Shown: positions 18,837-28,406 of the stretch, piece by piece
Layout: each line of letters starts with the position of its first letter
Numbering within the stretch: position 1 is the stretch's first letter
Origin: an uncultured Verrucomicrobiae bacterium
GTDB lineage: Bacteria > Verrucomicrobiota > Verrucomicrobiia > Limisphaerales > Palsa-1400
Direction: 5' to 3'
DNA: 64,000 nt
NCBI GenBank assembly: GCA_963764165.1
Contig: CAVXRD010000001.1
Location: forward strand, 672,001-736,000
Notes under the pieces: generated by a model
Database searches by the model: none
The model's input: only the letters and a program-made list of their open reading frames with translations
Told to the model about the DNA's origin: nothing
Translations under genes and position numbers: made by a program

Positions 18837-19992
18837 TTACGTCTTTTTCACCTTCCGCATCCAGCCGCGCCATTGCCAGGCTGCGAGCATCGGGTCAAGG
18901 CGCGCCACCACCAGATAGGCGATTCGCGATTTGAATCGCGCCCACAATGTCCGTTTCGTCCGCCATTCCTCCAAATCAATCCGTTTGGAATGGGTCAGGA
19001 TCCGCTCGAAATATTTCCGCGCCTTCCTGAGCCAGTCGCGGGTCGGACAGGCGCAGCATGAGCTCGTAATTTATGTCCAGGGCGCGCGGGTCGAGATTGT
19101 TCGATCCGGCATAGACAATATTATCGAGCAAATACAATTTCGCGTGCAGGATCTGCGGCTGGTATTCGTAAATCTCCACGCCAGCGATGAGCAGGCGGCG
19201 ATAAAAGCTTTGGCCGGCCAGGCGCGACATTGGCACATCGCTTTTGCCGGGCAGAATCAATTGCACGCGCGATCCGCGCCGGGCTGCCCGCCCCAATTCG
19301 TAGCGGAGGCGCCATGGCGGCAGGAAGTAGGCGCAGACAATCCGCACAGACTTCGCCTTCGCCAAGTCCCGCCGCAGCGCGAGCTTCACTGGCTTCGTCG
19401 CGGCGGGGCCGCCCAGGAGCAGCTGCGCCGCGGGCGCCGCCACCACCTTGGGCTGCGCTTTCTTCCGCAATCGCACGAACGGCTGGAATGTAAAATCCGC
19501 GTTGGCGAACATTTGATCGAACGCCGCCGCCATTTCGGGAACAAGCGGCCCGCGAACGAGCATTCCCAAATCGCGCCAGCCGGAATTCACGCCGTCGCCG
19601 TCGTATTCGCTGGCAATGTTCACTCCCCCGATGAAGGCGAGGCGGTCGTCGCACAGCAACAGTTTGCGATGATCGCGAATGCTCGCCGTTTTCAATGTCA
19701 GCGTCAGCGGATTGAACCAGCGAAATTCGCCGCCGCACGTTCGCAACGGATTCCAAAAGGTGTCAGCCAGCCCCATCGAACCAAACGCGTCAACAAGAAC
19801 CTGAACTTTCACGCCGCGGTGGCAGGCGGCGGCCAGCGCATCGCGGACGCGCGCGGCGGTTTCGCCCGCGCGGACGATGAACATCTCGAGCCGGATGTTT
19901 TTTTTGGCCGCCCCGATCTCGGCCAGCATGCGGCGCAGCATCTCGGCGCCTGTCGCCAGCCATTCGTAATCGCGGGTGCCCTGCAAATTCAT
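18837..19992 (-). CDS. cls: Cardiolipin synthase / phospholipase D (ClsB-like), frameshifted near 19010
   Basis: Two HKD motifs (DHRKLLLCD, LHAKLYLLD). The frame stops at 18976, but removing one base at 19009-19011 extends it to a TAA at 18837. Confidence 0.85.
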
Positions 19993-20996
19993 GTGACAAA
20001 GCCTCCGCCAGACTTGGCGCCGGGGCAATGGACGTTTGCACCCCATGTCTCTCGGATGGACTGCGGCGTGACGCCTTGTCCGCGCAAGGCGCGCAAACTT
20101 AACGCGTCTTCGCGTTTGGCCAAACGGCGCCCGCTTTCGTCCGTCATCAGCAAGCAATGAAAAAAATCCGGCGGACGCAACCCAAGCGCGCGATACAGCA
20201 AGATTTGCCGGGCGGTCGACAGCAGCAGGTCTTCACCGCGCACAACTTCCGTGATTCCCATTGCGGCGTCGTCCAATGTCACAGCTAATTGGTAGGACGG
20301 AACGTCGTCGTGCCGCCATACCACAAAGTCGCCAAAATCCCGGCCCGACACGAAGCGCTGCGGACCGCGGGCGCCGTCGGCGAATTCAACCGCTTCGCCA
20401 TCCGAAACCTGGAAGCGCCAGCTTGGCGGACGCTGGGATCCCAAAGGCAGGGACGCCTCGCCGTGGCGTCCGGTTGCGTGCCAAAATGGAACCTCACCCC
20501 GGACGCCTCGGCGAGGCGTCCCTACCTCGGAGCGGACCTGCGTTAACGCAGATTGATTTGTGCTCGGTTGGACAGACGGACGGCACGTCCCTGGATAAAC
20601 CGGCTCCTCGTCGCCCGCATGGGGAGCGCGGAGAGCGCGCATGACATCCTGCCGCGAGCAATAACACGGATAAACGCGGCCTTCCCGGCGAAGCTGCTCG
20701 AAACCGGCGCGGTAGAATTCGCGGCGCTCGCTTTGCGAATACGGCGCGTGCGGGCCGCCGCAATCGGGGCCTTCTGTCCAGCGAAATCCAAACCAGCGCA
20801 AATCCTCGATCATGGCCGCGGCGAATTCCGGGCGCGACCGACTCGGATCAAGATCCTCGTTGCGCAAAATCAGCGTGCCCCCCGCCGCGTCGGCCCGTTG
20901 CTGGGCCGTCCAGAATGTTCGCGCGTGGCCCAAATGCAAATAGCCGGTGGGCGATGGCGCGAGCCGTCCGCGATACGCGCCAGCCATGCCGCTCAC
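19989..20996 (-). CDS. gluQ: tRNA glutamyl-Q(34) synthetase GluQRS
   Basis: GRLAPSPTGYLHLGH, YPCYCSR, YPGTCR, SYQLAV.LDD, VVRGEDLL, RLAKR. No anticodon-binding domain. Confidence 0.93.
   Translation of the reverse strand: MSGMAGAYRGRLAPSPTGYLHLGHARTFWTAQQRADAAGGTLILRNEDLDPSRSRPEFAAAMIEDLRWFGFRWTEGPDCGGPHAPYSQSERREFYRAGFEQLRREGRVYPCYCSRQDVMRALRAPHAGDEEPVYPGTCRPSVQPSTNQSALTQVRSEVGTPRRGVRGEVPFWHATGRHGEASLPLGSQRPPSWRFQVSDGEAVEFADGARGPQRFVSGRDFGDFVVWRHDDVPSYQLAVTLDDAAMGITEVVRGEDLLLSTARQILLYRALGLRPPDFFHCLLMTDESGRRLAKREDALSLRALRGQGVTPQSIRETWGANVHCPGAKSGGGFVT
20446..20526. repeat. REP doublet located inside the gluQ coding sequence
   Basis: GGCAGGGACGCCTCGCCGTGGCGTCCGG and inverted CCGGACGCCTCGGCGAGGCGTCCCTACC; same family as 22143-22242. 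Confidence 0.85.
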
Positions 20997-22078
20997 CGTT
21001 GAATCCGGGCCGACCCGCCCTTCATGACGTGCATCACTTCATCGAGCAAAACCTGCGAGGTGTCTCCACGGGTGGTTTGCAGCAGCGCGCCGTGGGCCGC
21101 GCCGAAATTCACGATGTCCTCCGGCGGCATGCCCTTGATCAATCCGTAGGCGATGCCGCTGGAAAATCCGTCCCCGCCGCCGACGCGGTCTTCGATTTCC
21201 AAATCCTTGAACGTCCGCGCTTCGCAGAATTTTCCGTTCATCCACAAAATTCCGCCCCAATTATTGACAAGGCCGCTCTTGACCTCGCGCAGCGTCGTGC
21301 AAACGGCTTGGATGTTCGGATACGCTTCCACCACTCGAAGCACCATGCGCTTGTAGGCTTCCACCGGCAATTCGCGCAGATCATGTGTCGTGCCCTCAAC
21401 TTCAAAGCCGAGCACCTTTTGAAAATCCTCCTCGTTGCCAATGAGCACCTGGACATGCGGAATGATGTCCTTGGTCACGGCAATGGCTTTTTCGCTGCTC
21501 CACAATTTGCTGCGAAAATTCAGGTCGTAGCTCGTGATGGTTCCGGCCGAGTTGGCGGCTTGCAGCGCCGCCTTGGTGACCGCCGCACTGCTGTCGGAAA
21601 GCGAGGCAAGAATGCCGCCAGTGTGCAGCCAGAGTGCGCCTTCCTCGTCGAAAATTTTCTTCCACGAAATTTCCTCCGGTTTCATCGAAGTAATAGAGGA
21701 ATGGCCGCGGTCATACATGGTTACGCTGGCGCGCACGCCGGTGCCGACCTCGGTGAAATTCAAGCCGACGCGCCCTTTGCGGCCGACGCCATCGAATTTC
21801 TCCATGAGCACATGCGATACGTCCATCCCGACGGCGCGGGCGTGATTGAGGATGATGCGCGCGACGGGATTATCCGGCAGCTTGCTAATGAAACCGGTGC
21901 GCAATCCAAGCCGCGCGCAAGCGTAAGCGACATTGAACTCGCCGCCGCCCACATCGACTTCGAGCGTTTTGGAAAATTCGATGCGGCCGTGGCCGGGCGG
22001 AGCCAGCCGGACCATGCATTCACCGAGGGACAGGAGATCAAACCGGCACTTGGCCGGGTCACGTAATTGTAGCGCCAT
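20993..22078 (-). CDS. kdgK: PfkB family sugar kinase (2-keto-3-deoxygluconate kinase)
   Basis: LGECMVRL, GGGEFNVA, SYDLNFRSKLW, GNEEDFQ, DRVGGGDGF. Confidence 0.9.
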   Translation of the reverse strand: MALQLRDPAKCRFDLLSLGECMVRLAPPGHGRIEFSKTLEVDVGGGEFNVAYACARLGLRTGFISKLPDNPVARIILNHARAVGMDVSHVLMEKFDGVGRKGRVGLNFTEVGTGVRASVTMYDRGHSSITSMKPEEISWKKIFDEEGALWLHTGGILASLSDSSAAVTKAALQAANSAGTITSYDLNFRSKLWSSEKAIAVTKDIIPHVQVLIGNEEDFQKVLGFEVEGTTHDLRELPVEAYKRMVLRVVEAYPNIQAVCTTLREVKSGLVNNWGGILWMNGKFCEARTFKDLEIEDRVGGGDGFSSGIAYGLIKGMPPEDIVNFGAAHGALLQTTRGDTSQVLLDEVMHVMKGGSARIQR

Positions 22079-22142
22079 ATATTTAGTTCAGGCGAGATTA
22101 GAGGTGAGCGCGGCAAAATGCCATAAAATCACGCGCCCTTAA

Positions 22143-22242
22143 GGTAGACGCCTCGCCGAGGCGTCCGGTTGCGTGGGAAAAATGCCGTGGTTGGCGCATG
22201 AAGAGCGCCTCAACCCGGACGCCTCGGCGAGGCGTCCCTACC
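22143..22242. repeat. REP doublet (GACGCCTCGCCGAGGCGTC palindromes in inverted orientation)
   Basis: Copies at 22143-22175 and 22215-22242, followed by a 9-bp periodic ATGGGACTT run. Confidence 0.85.
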
Positions 22243-22268
22243 TATGGGACTTATACGACGCATAGGAC

Positions 22269-23444
22269 TTATACTTTCCCAATCCACTTGCGGTCTTCCC
22301 AGACGGCTTTGAGGGAAGTCAGGTTGCGACTGTCAAATATGTTTTTTGCCGCCGCCAGGACTTTGCCCTTTTTCAAATTGAGATAAGCATCGCTGGCGCT
22401 GATGGCCACGAATTGCAGCACGCTCGGATCGCGGTAGCAATCGATCATGCACTTGGTGCAGCCGTCGCGAATCAGCTTGGATTCGTCGAAATCGTAGATC
22501 GAGCACATCGGCTTGTCCCAAGCGTGGCAGCGGTAGAGGTTCAAGTTCCAATCGAGGTAGAAATACTTGTGGCCCCCGAGGCAGCCGAATTTTTCCGGCT
22601 CCTTCCGCAAATGCCGCTGCATTTCAGAAAGCGATTCCCGCGGGTTGACCACGGGATAACCGCTCGTGACTTTCATCCGCTTGATTTGCTCGAAAACACC
22701 GATCAGCTCCTCCGTTTTGTAATTGACCAGCGACGAATCGCTGAAACTCAAATAGCTCGAAGCCAGGCTGGTCAGCGGATAACTGAATGTGCAGCTCGCA
22801 AAACCGAGCGAGCGCAAAAATTCCGGCAGCTTCGCGTAATCATCAATCAGCCGGCTGGCGGTGACGCTGGCTGTCGTTTGCACGCCGAGTTCCGCAAAGA
22901 ATTCGTTGGCCCGTTTTATTTTCCGGCAGACTTCCGGCAAGCCGCGGTTTTTCTCGTGGCGGGCGACATCGTGTGAATCAATCGACATGATGACGCTGCT
23001 CAAACCGTCGGAGGCCAGCGCCCGCATGTTTTGTTCCGTCCACAACGATCCATTGGTGCAGATCATCGGGTGAATCCCCTTCTCTGCCGCGTAACGAACC
23101 ATCTCCCGGAGATTCTTGTGAACCAGCGGCTCGCCGCCCACGAACAGCAGATAGCCAATGTGATTCTTGACCGAAATATCGATGACGTCTTTGGCCTCTT
23201 GCAGCGTCACCGTCCGGCGCTGTTTGGGGTCAAAGCGATCCACCGCAAATCCGCAGAAATCGCATTTTGCGTTGCAGATATTAGTAATGGCGAACTGAAG
23301 GTAACCCGGCCCGCCGTGATTTAATATCTCGCCAACCATCGCCCCGAGTTTTTTCCTCGGTTTGACGACGGGCGTTAAAATCTCCGCCGCGCTGGAGGCG
23401 GAAGGCTTAACTGCTTTTTCTGGCAAGGCAAACACACTGCTCAT
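22269..23444 (-). CDS. Radical SAM protein with twitch/SPASM-like C-terminus
   Basis: CNAKCDFC, GGEPL, CLGG...YRC...CTKCMIDC. Confidence 0.92.
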   Translation of the reverse strand: MSSVFALPEKAVKPSASSAAEILTPVVKPRKKLGAMVGEILNHGGPGYLQFAITNICNAKCDFCGFAVDRFDPKQRRTVTLQEAKDVIDISVKNHIGYLLFVGGEPLVHKNLREMVRYAAEKGIHPMICTNGSLWTEQNMRALASDGLSSVIMSIDSHDVARHEKNRGLPEVCRKIKRANEFFAELGVQTTASVTASRLIDDYAKLPEFLRSLGFASCTFSYPLTSLASSYLSFSDSSLVNYKTEELIGVFEQIKRMKVTSGYPVVNPRESLSEMQRHLRKEPEKFGCLGGHKYFYLDWNLNLYRCHAWDKPMCSIYDFDESKLIRDGCTKCMIDCYRDPSVLQFVAISASDAYLNLKKGKVLAAAKNIFDSRNLTSLKAVWEDRKWIGKV

Positions 23445-23580
23445 ACTCGCAGGAAAAATGCCAACGGTTTCAAAAAATGTCTAGTCCCCCGTTGCGAATT
23501 TCAGTGTTAGAAAAACTCATTGAAAATAAGGTTTTCCCCTAGATAAATTCCCATGCGGAGACTTCAAATCCATCTCGCCA

Positions 23581-24429
23581 CTATAACATGCCATTATCAA
23601 TCAGGCGGGTTTTTCCAATAAAAACCGCCAGCGCAAGTTGCGTCCCTTTTTGCGCGTTTTCAACCTCCTCCAAAGTTTCGGGATCGAAGAACTCTATGTA
23701 ATCCACGCTGCTATCCGGCACTGAGGAAATGAGCGTCGACAGTTCGGCTTCCAACTTCTTCGCAGGGACGGGGCCCGGCGCAACCGCGGCCCTGGCGTAG
23801 TTTATCGCCTCGAACAAAACGGAGGCTTGCTGGCGCTGCTCTGGCGTAAGGTACTTGTTGCGGGAACTCATGGCGAGACCCGAAGGTTCACGCAAAGTCG
23901 GGCCAATGATGATCTTCAGCGGGAAATTCAGATCGTCCGCCATTTTCTTAATGACTGCCGCTTGCTGAAAATCCTTTTCCCCAAATACGGCCGCCTTCGG
24001 TTGGATAATGTTGAACAGCTTGGCCACGATGGTGGTGACGCCGCGAAAATGCGTCGGGCGGGCATCGCCTTCCATGCGTTTGGAAAGCCGCTCCTCCGCC
24101 ACGTAAGTGCTGTAGCCGCCGGGATACATCTCTCCGTCAGCGGGAGCGAAAACGACATCCACGCCGGCGTGCTCGCAAAGATCGCGGTCGCGGGAAAAAT
24201 CGCGCGGATAAGCCGCCAGATCCTCGGTGGGCGCGAATTGGGTGGGATTCACATAAATGCTCAGCACGACCACGCCTTTCTCCCCGACTGACTTGCGCGC
24301 CAGCGTAACCAGGCTCAAATGTCCTTCGTGCAAGAATCCCATGGTCGGCACGAGGCCGATGGGAATCTGGCGCGAACGCCATGCCTTGACTTGACGCTGC
24401 ATGGCCGAAACAGTCCGAATGACTTTCAT
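23581..24429 (-). CDS. panC: Pantoate--beta-alanine ligase
   Basis: VPTMGFLHEGHLSL, YVNPTQF, RPTHFRGV, FGEKDFQQ, MSSRNKYL, RLIDN. Confidence 0.97.
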   Translation of the reverse strand: MKVIRTVSAMQRQVKAWRSRQIPIGLVPTMGFLHEGHLSLVTLARKSVGEKGVVVLSIYVNPTQFAPTEDLAAYPRDFSRDRDLCEHAGVDVVFAPADGEMYPGGYSTYVAEERLSKRMEGDARPTHFRGVTTIVAKLFNIIQPKAAVFGEKDFQQAAVIKKMADDLNFPLKIIIGPTLREPSGLAMSSRNKYLTPEQRQQASVLFEAINYARAAVAPGPVPAKKLEAELSTLISSVPDSSVDYIEFFDPETLEEVENAQKGTQLALAVFIGKTRLIDNGML

Positions 24430-24449
24430 CAAATTTATCTCTGATATTT

Positions 24450-24564
24450 GGCAGGGCGAGACTCGGGAGGCGGAACTTCCGCTCGATCCTACTTTGGATT
24501 TTGCACCTTTGCGGTGTCCCGGTTCCCTAAATCCAATCAGGGCTCGACGGAGTCTTGCCCCACC
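24450..24564. repeat. Degenerate REP doublet (GGCAGGGCGAGACTC / GGCTCGACGGAGTCTTGCCCCACC)
   Basis: Same family as 51874-51957, sharing AATCCAATCAGGGCTCGAC. Confidence 0.7.
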
Positions 24565-24624
24565 GTCTAATGCGCCCGGTCAACGGTGTTGTCAAGGTGC
24601 CATGCTCGTAGGGTAGGGCCTGCT

Positions 24625-24652
24625 TTGACATTGGGCGGCTTTCGGCCATAGT
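24625..24652 (+). promoter_or_regulatory. Sigma70-like promoter, probably leaderless transcript
   Basis: TTGACA-16-CATAGT ending 7 nt before ATG 24660; no Shine-Dalgarno. Confidence 0.55.
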
Positions 24653-24659
24653 TTTACCT

Positions 24660-25424
24660 ATGACCGATGAATCCGCCAGCGCCCTCCGCTTAGAATGCGA
24701 CCGATTGACCGCCGCTTTGGCAGAAAAAACGGCGCAATTGGATGCGATTTCAAAGGAATTTGAACAGTTCAGCCAGGCCATTTCCCACGATCTTCGCGCG
24801 CCGCTGCGGGCGGTCGAAGGATTTGCCCAAATTCTGGCGGAGGATTACGGAGACAAGCTCGACGAGGACGGCAAGCGCTGCATCGAAACTCTTTCAAACG
24901 GCGCGCACAAGGCTTCGGCGCTGATCGAGGCCCTGAGGGTGTTTACCCGCCTCTGCCGCGCTCCGTTTAACCCCGCCACGCTCGATATGAAGAAGCTGGT
25001 GGCTCAAAAAGTCGAGGAGTTCAAGGCCGAGGGGGCCGCGGCAAAATTCAAAGTCGAAGCGCTGCCCGAGGCGTGGGGCGATTCCCATTTGGTGGAGGCG
25101 ATTTTTGAGCAGTTGCTGTCGAATGCCGTGAAGTTCTCGCAATGCCAGACACGCCCTGTCATTGAAGTTTCCGGGCGCAAGGAGGCGGAAGGGTCGGTGT
25201 ATTCTGTCCGGGACAATGGAGTCGGATTTGATCCCAAATATGCCGGTCGTCTCTTCGCTGTTTTTCAACGTCTGCACGAGGAAAAGGATTTTCCGGGCTA
25301 CGGGATTGGCCTGGCCACAGTTCAACGGGCGGTGCATCGGCACGGCGGGAAAGTGTGGGTCGAAGCCAAGCTCAATGCCGGCGCGACGTTTTCCTTTACG
25401 CTGCCGGCGCCTCGTTCAAAGTAG
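24660..25424 (+). CDS. Sensor-less histidine kinase (HisKA + HATPase)
   Basis: SHDLRAPLR, LLSNAVKF, VRDNGVGF, FQRLH, GIGLA. Confidence 0.92.
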   Translation: MTDESASALRLECDRLTAALAEKTAQLDAISKEFEQFSQAISHDLRAPLRAVEGFAQILAEDYGDKLDEDGKRCIETLSNGAHKASALIEALRVFTRLCRAPFNPATLDMKKLVAQKVEEFKAEGAAAKFKVEALPEAWGDSHLVEAIFEQLLSNAVKFSQCQTRPVIEVSGRKEAEGSVYSVRDNGVGFDPKYAGRLFAVFQRLHEEKDFPGYGIGLATVQRAVHRHGGKVWVEAKLNAGATFSFTLPAPRSK

Positions 25425-25505
25425 CGACGCTGCGGCGGGGCATCCCTGCCAACAACTAGCACTTTGAACTTTCAACATTGCGGCTCCTGCCCGTAAAGTT
25501 CCGGG

Positions 25506-26072
25506 ATGACGACGAAAGAAACAGTGGAAATTTTTCGCCGCACCGGCGCGCTGTTGGAAGGGCATTTCATTCTGCGCAGCGGATTGCACAGCCGCCAATA
25601 TTTCCAGTGCGCGCTGGCCCTGCAATTCATGCCGGACGTGGAGCGCCTTGGAGCGGCGCTGGCGCAAAAGCTTCACCCGCTCGGCGCAGCCACGGTTATA
25701 GCGCCGGCGATCGGCGGCTTGGTCATCGGGCAGGAAGTGGCGCGGCAATTGGGCGTGCGATTCATCTTCGCGGAGAAGGAAGAAGGCAAACTCGTCATGC
25801 GCCGCGGCTTTAAAATCGCGCCCGGCGAAAAAATTCTCGTGGTCGAAGATGTCGTGACCAAAGGCGGACGCGTCCAGGAAACCATCAACATCGTTCGCGC
25901 GCATCAAGGCAACGTGCTGGCGGTGGCCACGATCGTGGATCGTTCCAACGGGTTGGTCGATCTCGGCGTGCCGATGTTCAGTTTGCTGGCGTTGCAGGTG
26001 GAGGCGTTTCCCGCGGACAAACTCCCGCCCGATCTCGCGAAAATTCCCGCCGAGCATCCGGGCAGCAAGTAA
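25506..26072 (+). CDS. pyrE: Orotate phosphoribosyltransferase
   Basis: GALLEGHFILRSGLHS and PRPP motif VVEDVVTKGG. Confidence 0.95.
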   Translation: MTTKETVEIFRRTGALLEGHFILRSGLHSRQYFQCALALQFMPDVERLGAALAQKLHPLGAATVIAPAIGGLVIGQEVARQLGVRFIFAEKEEGKLVMRRGFKIAPGEKILVVEDVVTKGGRVQETINIVRAHQGNVLAVATIVDRSNGLVDLGVPMFSLLALQVEAFPADKLPPDLAKIPAEHPGSK

Positions 26073-26073
26073 T

Positions 26074-27561
26074 ATGGCCTTCGCGTCGTTCGGCCAATTC
26101 GTGCAGGCGTTGGAACAGGCGGGCGAGCTTGCGCGGATCCGCGAGCCGATGGCGACGGAATTGGAAATCACCGAACTGGCCGATCGCGAAATGAAATCGC
26201 CCGGCGGCGGCAAGGCGCTGCTGATCGAAAAGCCGCTCGTCCATGGCCAAGTCTCGCCCTTCCCGCTGGCGATCAACACTTACGGATCAAAACGCCGCAT
26301 GGCCATGAGCCTCGGCGCGGATTCCGTAGACGCCGTTGCCGCCGAACTTGGCGCGCTCTTGAAAGCCAAGCCGCCCACGAGTCTCGGCGAGGCAATCAAG
26401 CTGCTCGGCTCCGCCATGGATTTGCGCCATGCCAAACCAAAACTGGTATCCAAAGGCGCGTGCCAAGACGTCGTTCATCAAGGCGCGGAGTTATCAGCCA
26501 ATTCAACCGGCGAATGTCCAACGCTTCTCTCCATGCCGATATTGAAATGCTGGCCGATGGACGCCGGACGTTTCATCACCCTTCCCTGCGTGGTGACGAA
26601 AGACCCCGACACCGGCGAGCGCAACGTCGGAATGTATCGCATCCAGATTTACGACGGCCAGACGACGGGCATGCACTGGCAATTGCACAAGGTCGCCGCA
26701 CGTCACGGCAAGCGTTATTACGAGACAGGCCAGCGCATGCCCGTCAGCATTTTTCTCGGCGGCGATCCAGTGCTGGCATTTTCCGCCACCGCCCCGCTGC
26801 CGGATGGCTTGGACGAATTTCTCCTGGCGGGCTACCTGCGAAAGAAGAGCGTGAATCTCGTCAAATGCGTGACAAACGATCTCGAAGTTCCCGCCGATGC
26901 GGATTTCGTCATCGAAGGATACGTCGATCCCAAGGAACCATTGCGGACGGAAGGACCGTTCGGAGATCACACCGGCTATTACTCGCTGGCCGATTTGTAT
27001 CCCGCATTTCACGTGACAGCCATCACGCACCGGCGCGACGCCGTTTATCCCGCGACTATCGTCGGCATTCCGCCGATGGAGGATTTTTACATGGGCACGG
27101 CGAGCGTCCGGATTTTCCTGCCGGTGTTCAAAATGAATTTCCCCGAATTGGTGGACATCGCGCTCCCCGCTGAGGGCGTTTTCCATAATCTCGTGTTCGT
27201 GAGCATCAAGAAAACCTATCCGATGCAGGCCTACAAAATCATGCACGGCCTATGGGGCATGGGCCAGATGATGTTCACGAAATATATCGTCGTCGTCGAT
27301 GAGGACGCCGACGTCCATAACACCAGCGAAATCCTTTTCCGCCTTTGCGCCACAACCGATCCGCAGCGCGACTGCATTTTCACCCGCGGCCCCGCCGACG
27401 TCCTCGACCACGCCACCAGCGAGCTCGCGATCGGTTCAAAGCTAGGCTTCGACGCCACCCGCAAACTGCCTGGTGAAGGCTTCAAACGCGAATGGCCACC
27501 GCTCATCAAGATGGACGAAGCGGTCAAGCGAAAAATCGACGAATGGCGAAGGCAAGGGTAG
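26074..27561 (+). CDS. ubiD: UbiD family decarboxylase (menaquinone futalosine-pathway type)
   Basis: RNVGMYR, MHWQLHK, EGPFGDHTGYY, PPMED, GQMMFTK. Confidence 0.92.
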   Translation: MAFASFGQFVQALEQAGELARIREPMATELEITELADREMKSPGGGKALLIEKPLVHGQVSPFPLAINTYGSKRRMAMSLGADSVDAVAAELGALLKAKPPTSLGEAIKLLGSAMDLRHAKPKLVSKGACQDVVHQGAELSANSTGECPTLLSMPILKCWPMDAGRFITLPCVVTKDPDTGERNVGMYRIQIYDGQTTGMHWQLHKVAARHGKRYYETGQRMPVSIFLGGDPVLAFSATAPLPDGLDEFLLAGYLRKKSVNLVKCVTNDLEVPADADFVIEGYVDPKEPLRTEGPFGDHTGYYSLADLYPAFHVTAITHRRDAVYPATIVGIPPMEDFYMGTASVRIFLPVFKMNFPELVDIALPAEGVFHNLVFVSIKKTYPMQAYKIMHGLWGMGQMMFTKYIVVVDEDADVHNTSEILFRLCATTDPQRDCIFTRGPADVLDHATSELAIGSKLGFDATRKLPGEGFKREWPPLIKMDEAVKRKIDEWRRQG

Positions 27562-27704
27562 AGCCACTGACTGGCCCAAATCAAACGCGAATTTGAACGG
27601 GAGGAAGGCCGAGGAACGGAGAGAAAAATGATCCGCGGGCAAAGGGCATTTTTTTATGTTTTCCTGGCATTTCACCTGCCTAATTTCAGTCTTATCAAGA
27701 TTCC

Positions 27705-28157
27705 ATGCGCGCCGTTATTCAACGGGTAAGCCATGCCGAAGTGGCCATTGGCGGAGCTGTCAAAGCAAACATCCAGAGCGGACTGCTGGTGCTTCTTGCC
27801 ATCGAAGACGCCGACAACGGCGAAGACATCGAATGGCTGAGCGGAAAGATCCTCCGCCTGCGCATCTTCACCGATGAAGAGGGCTTGATGAACCGCTCCG
27901 TGCAGGACATAGGCGGCGGGATATTGCTGGTCAGCCAATTCACGCTTTTCGCCAGCACCAAGAAAGGAAACCGCCCGTCCTTCTCAAAATCCGCGTGTCG
28001 AGAAATCGCAATTCCGATATACGAACAGGTCATTGCCAAACTGACGGCAGATATGGGCAAGCCGATTCAAACCGGGGAGTTCGGCGCAGACATGAAAGTT
28101 TCCCTGCTGAACGACGGGCCTGTGACTATTGTCATTGACACAAAGAACCGGGAATGA
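27705..28157 (+). CDS. dtd: D-aminoacyl-tRNA deacylase
   Basis: MRAVIQRV, SQFTL, GNRPSF, NDGPVT. Confidence 0.97.
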   Translation: MRAVIQRVSHAEVAIGGAVKANIQSGLLVLLAIEDADNGEDIEWLSGKILRLRIFTDEEGLMNRSVQDIGGGILLVSQFTLFASTKKGNRPSFSKSACREIAIPIYEQVIAKLTADMGKPIQTGEFGADMKVSLLNDGPVTIVIDTKNRE

Positions 28158-28406
28158 TTTGTGCTTGAAAGTCCGATCCAGAAGCCGCAAGTTGCATCTT
28201 GTCCCCAACCTGATGGCATGCGCCATGGGCATCCTCTTGGGGCTGGGAATTGAACTGCTTTGCGGGATAAAGCCGCGCGGTTCGCAGAGTTGACACGCCG
28301 CCGGCCATTACAATTTCGCCGCAATTTCCAAATTGCTGGATGCGGTCGCCAGATGCTAGGTTTCGTTCGTGCTGCCATCCTGAGATTCCAATAATAGGAT
28401 TAATCA

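Noticed and set aside
18931..20160. 409-aa + strand ORF
   Set aside because: Antisense to the cardiolipin synthase; no motifs.
28290..28314. TTGACA...TACAAT promoter-like pair
   Set aside because: Spacer is only 13 nt, too short for sigma70.
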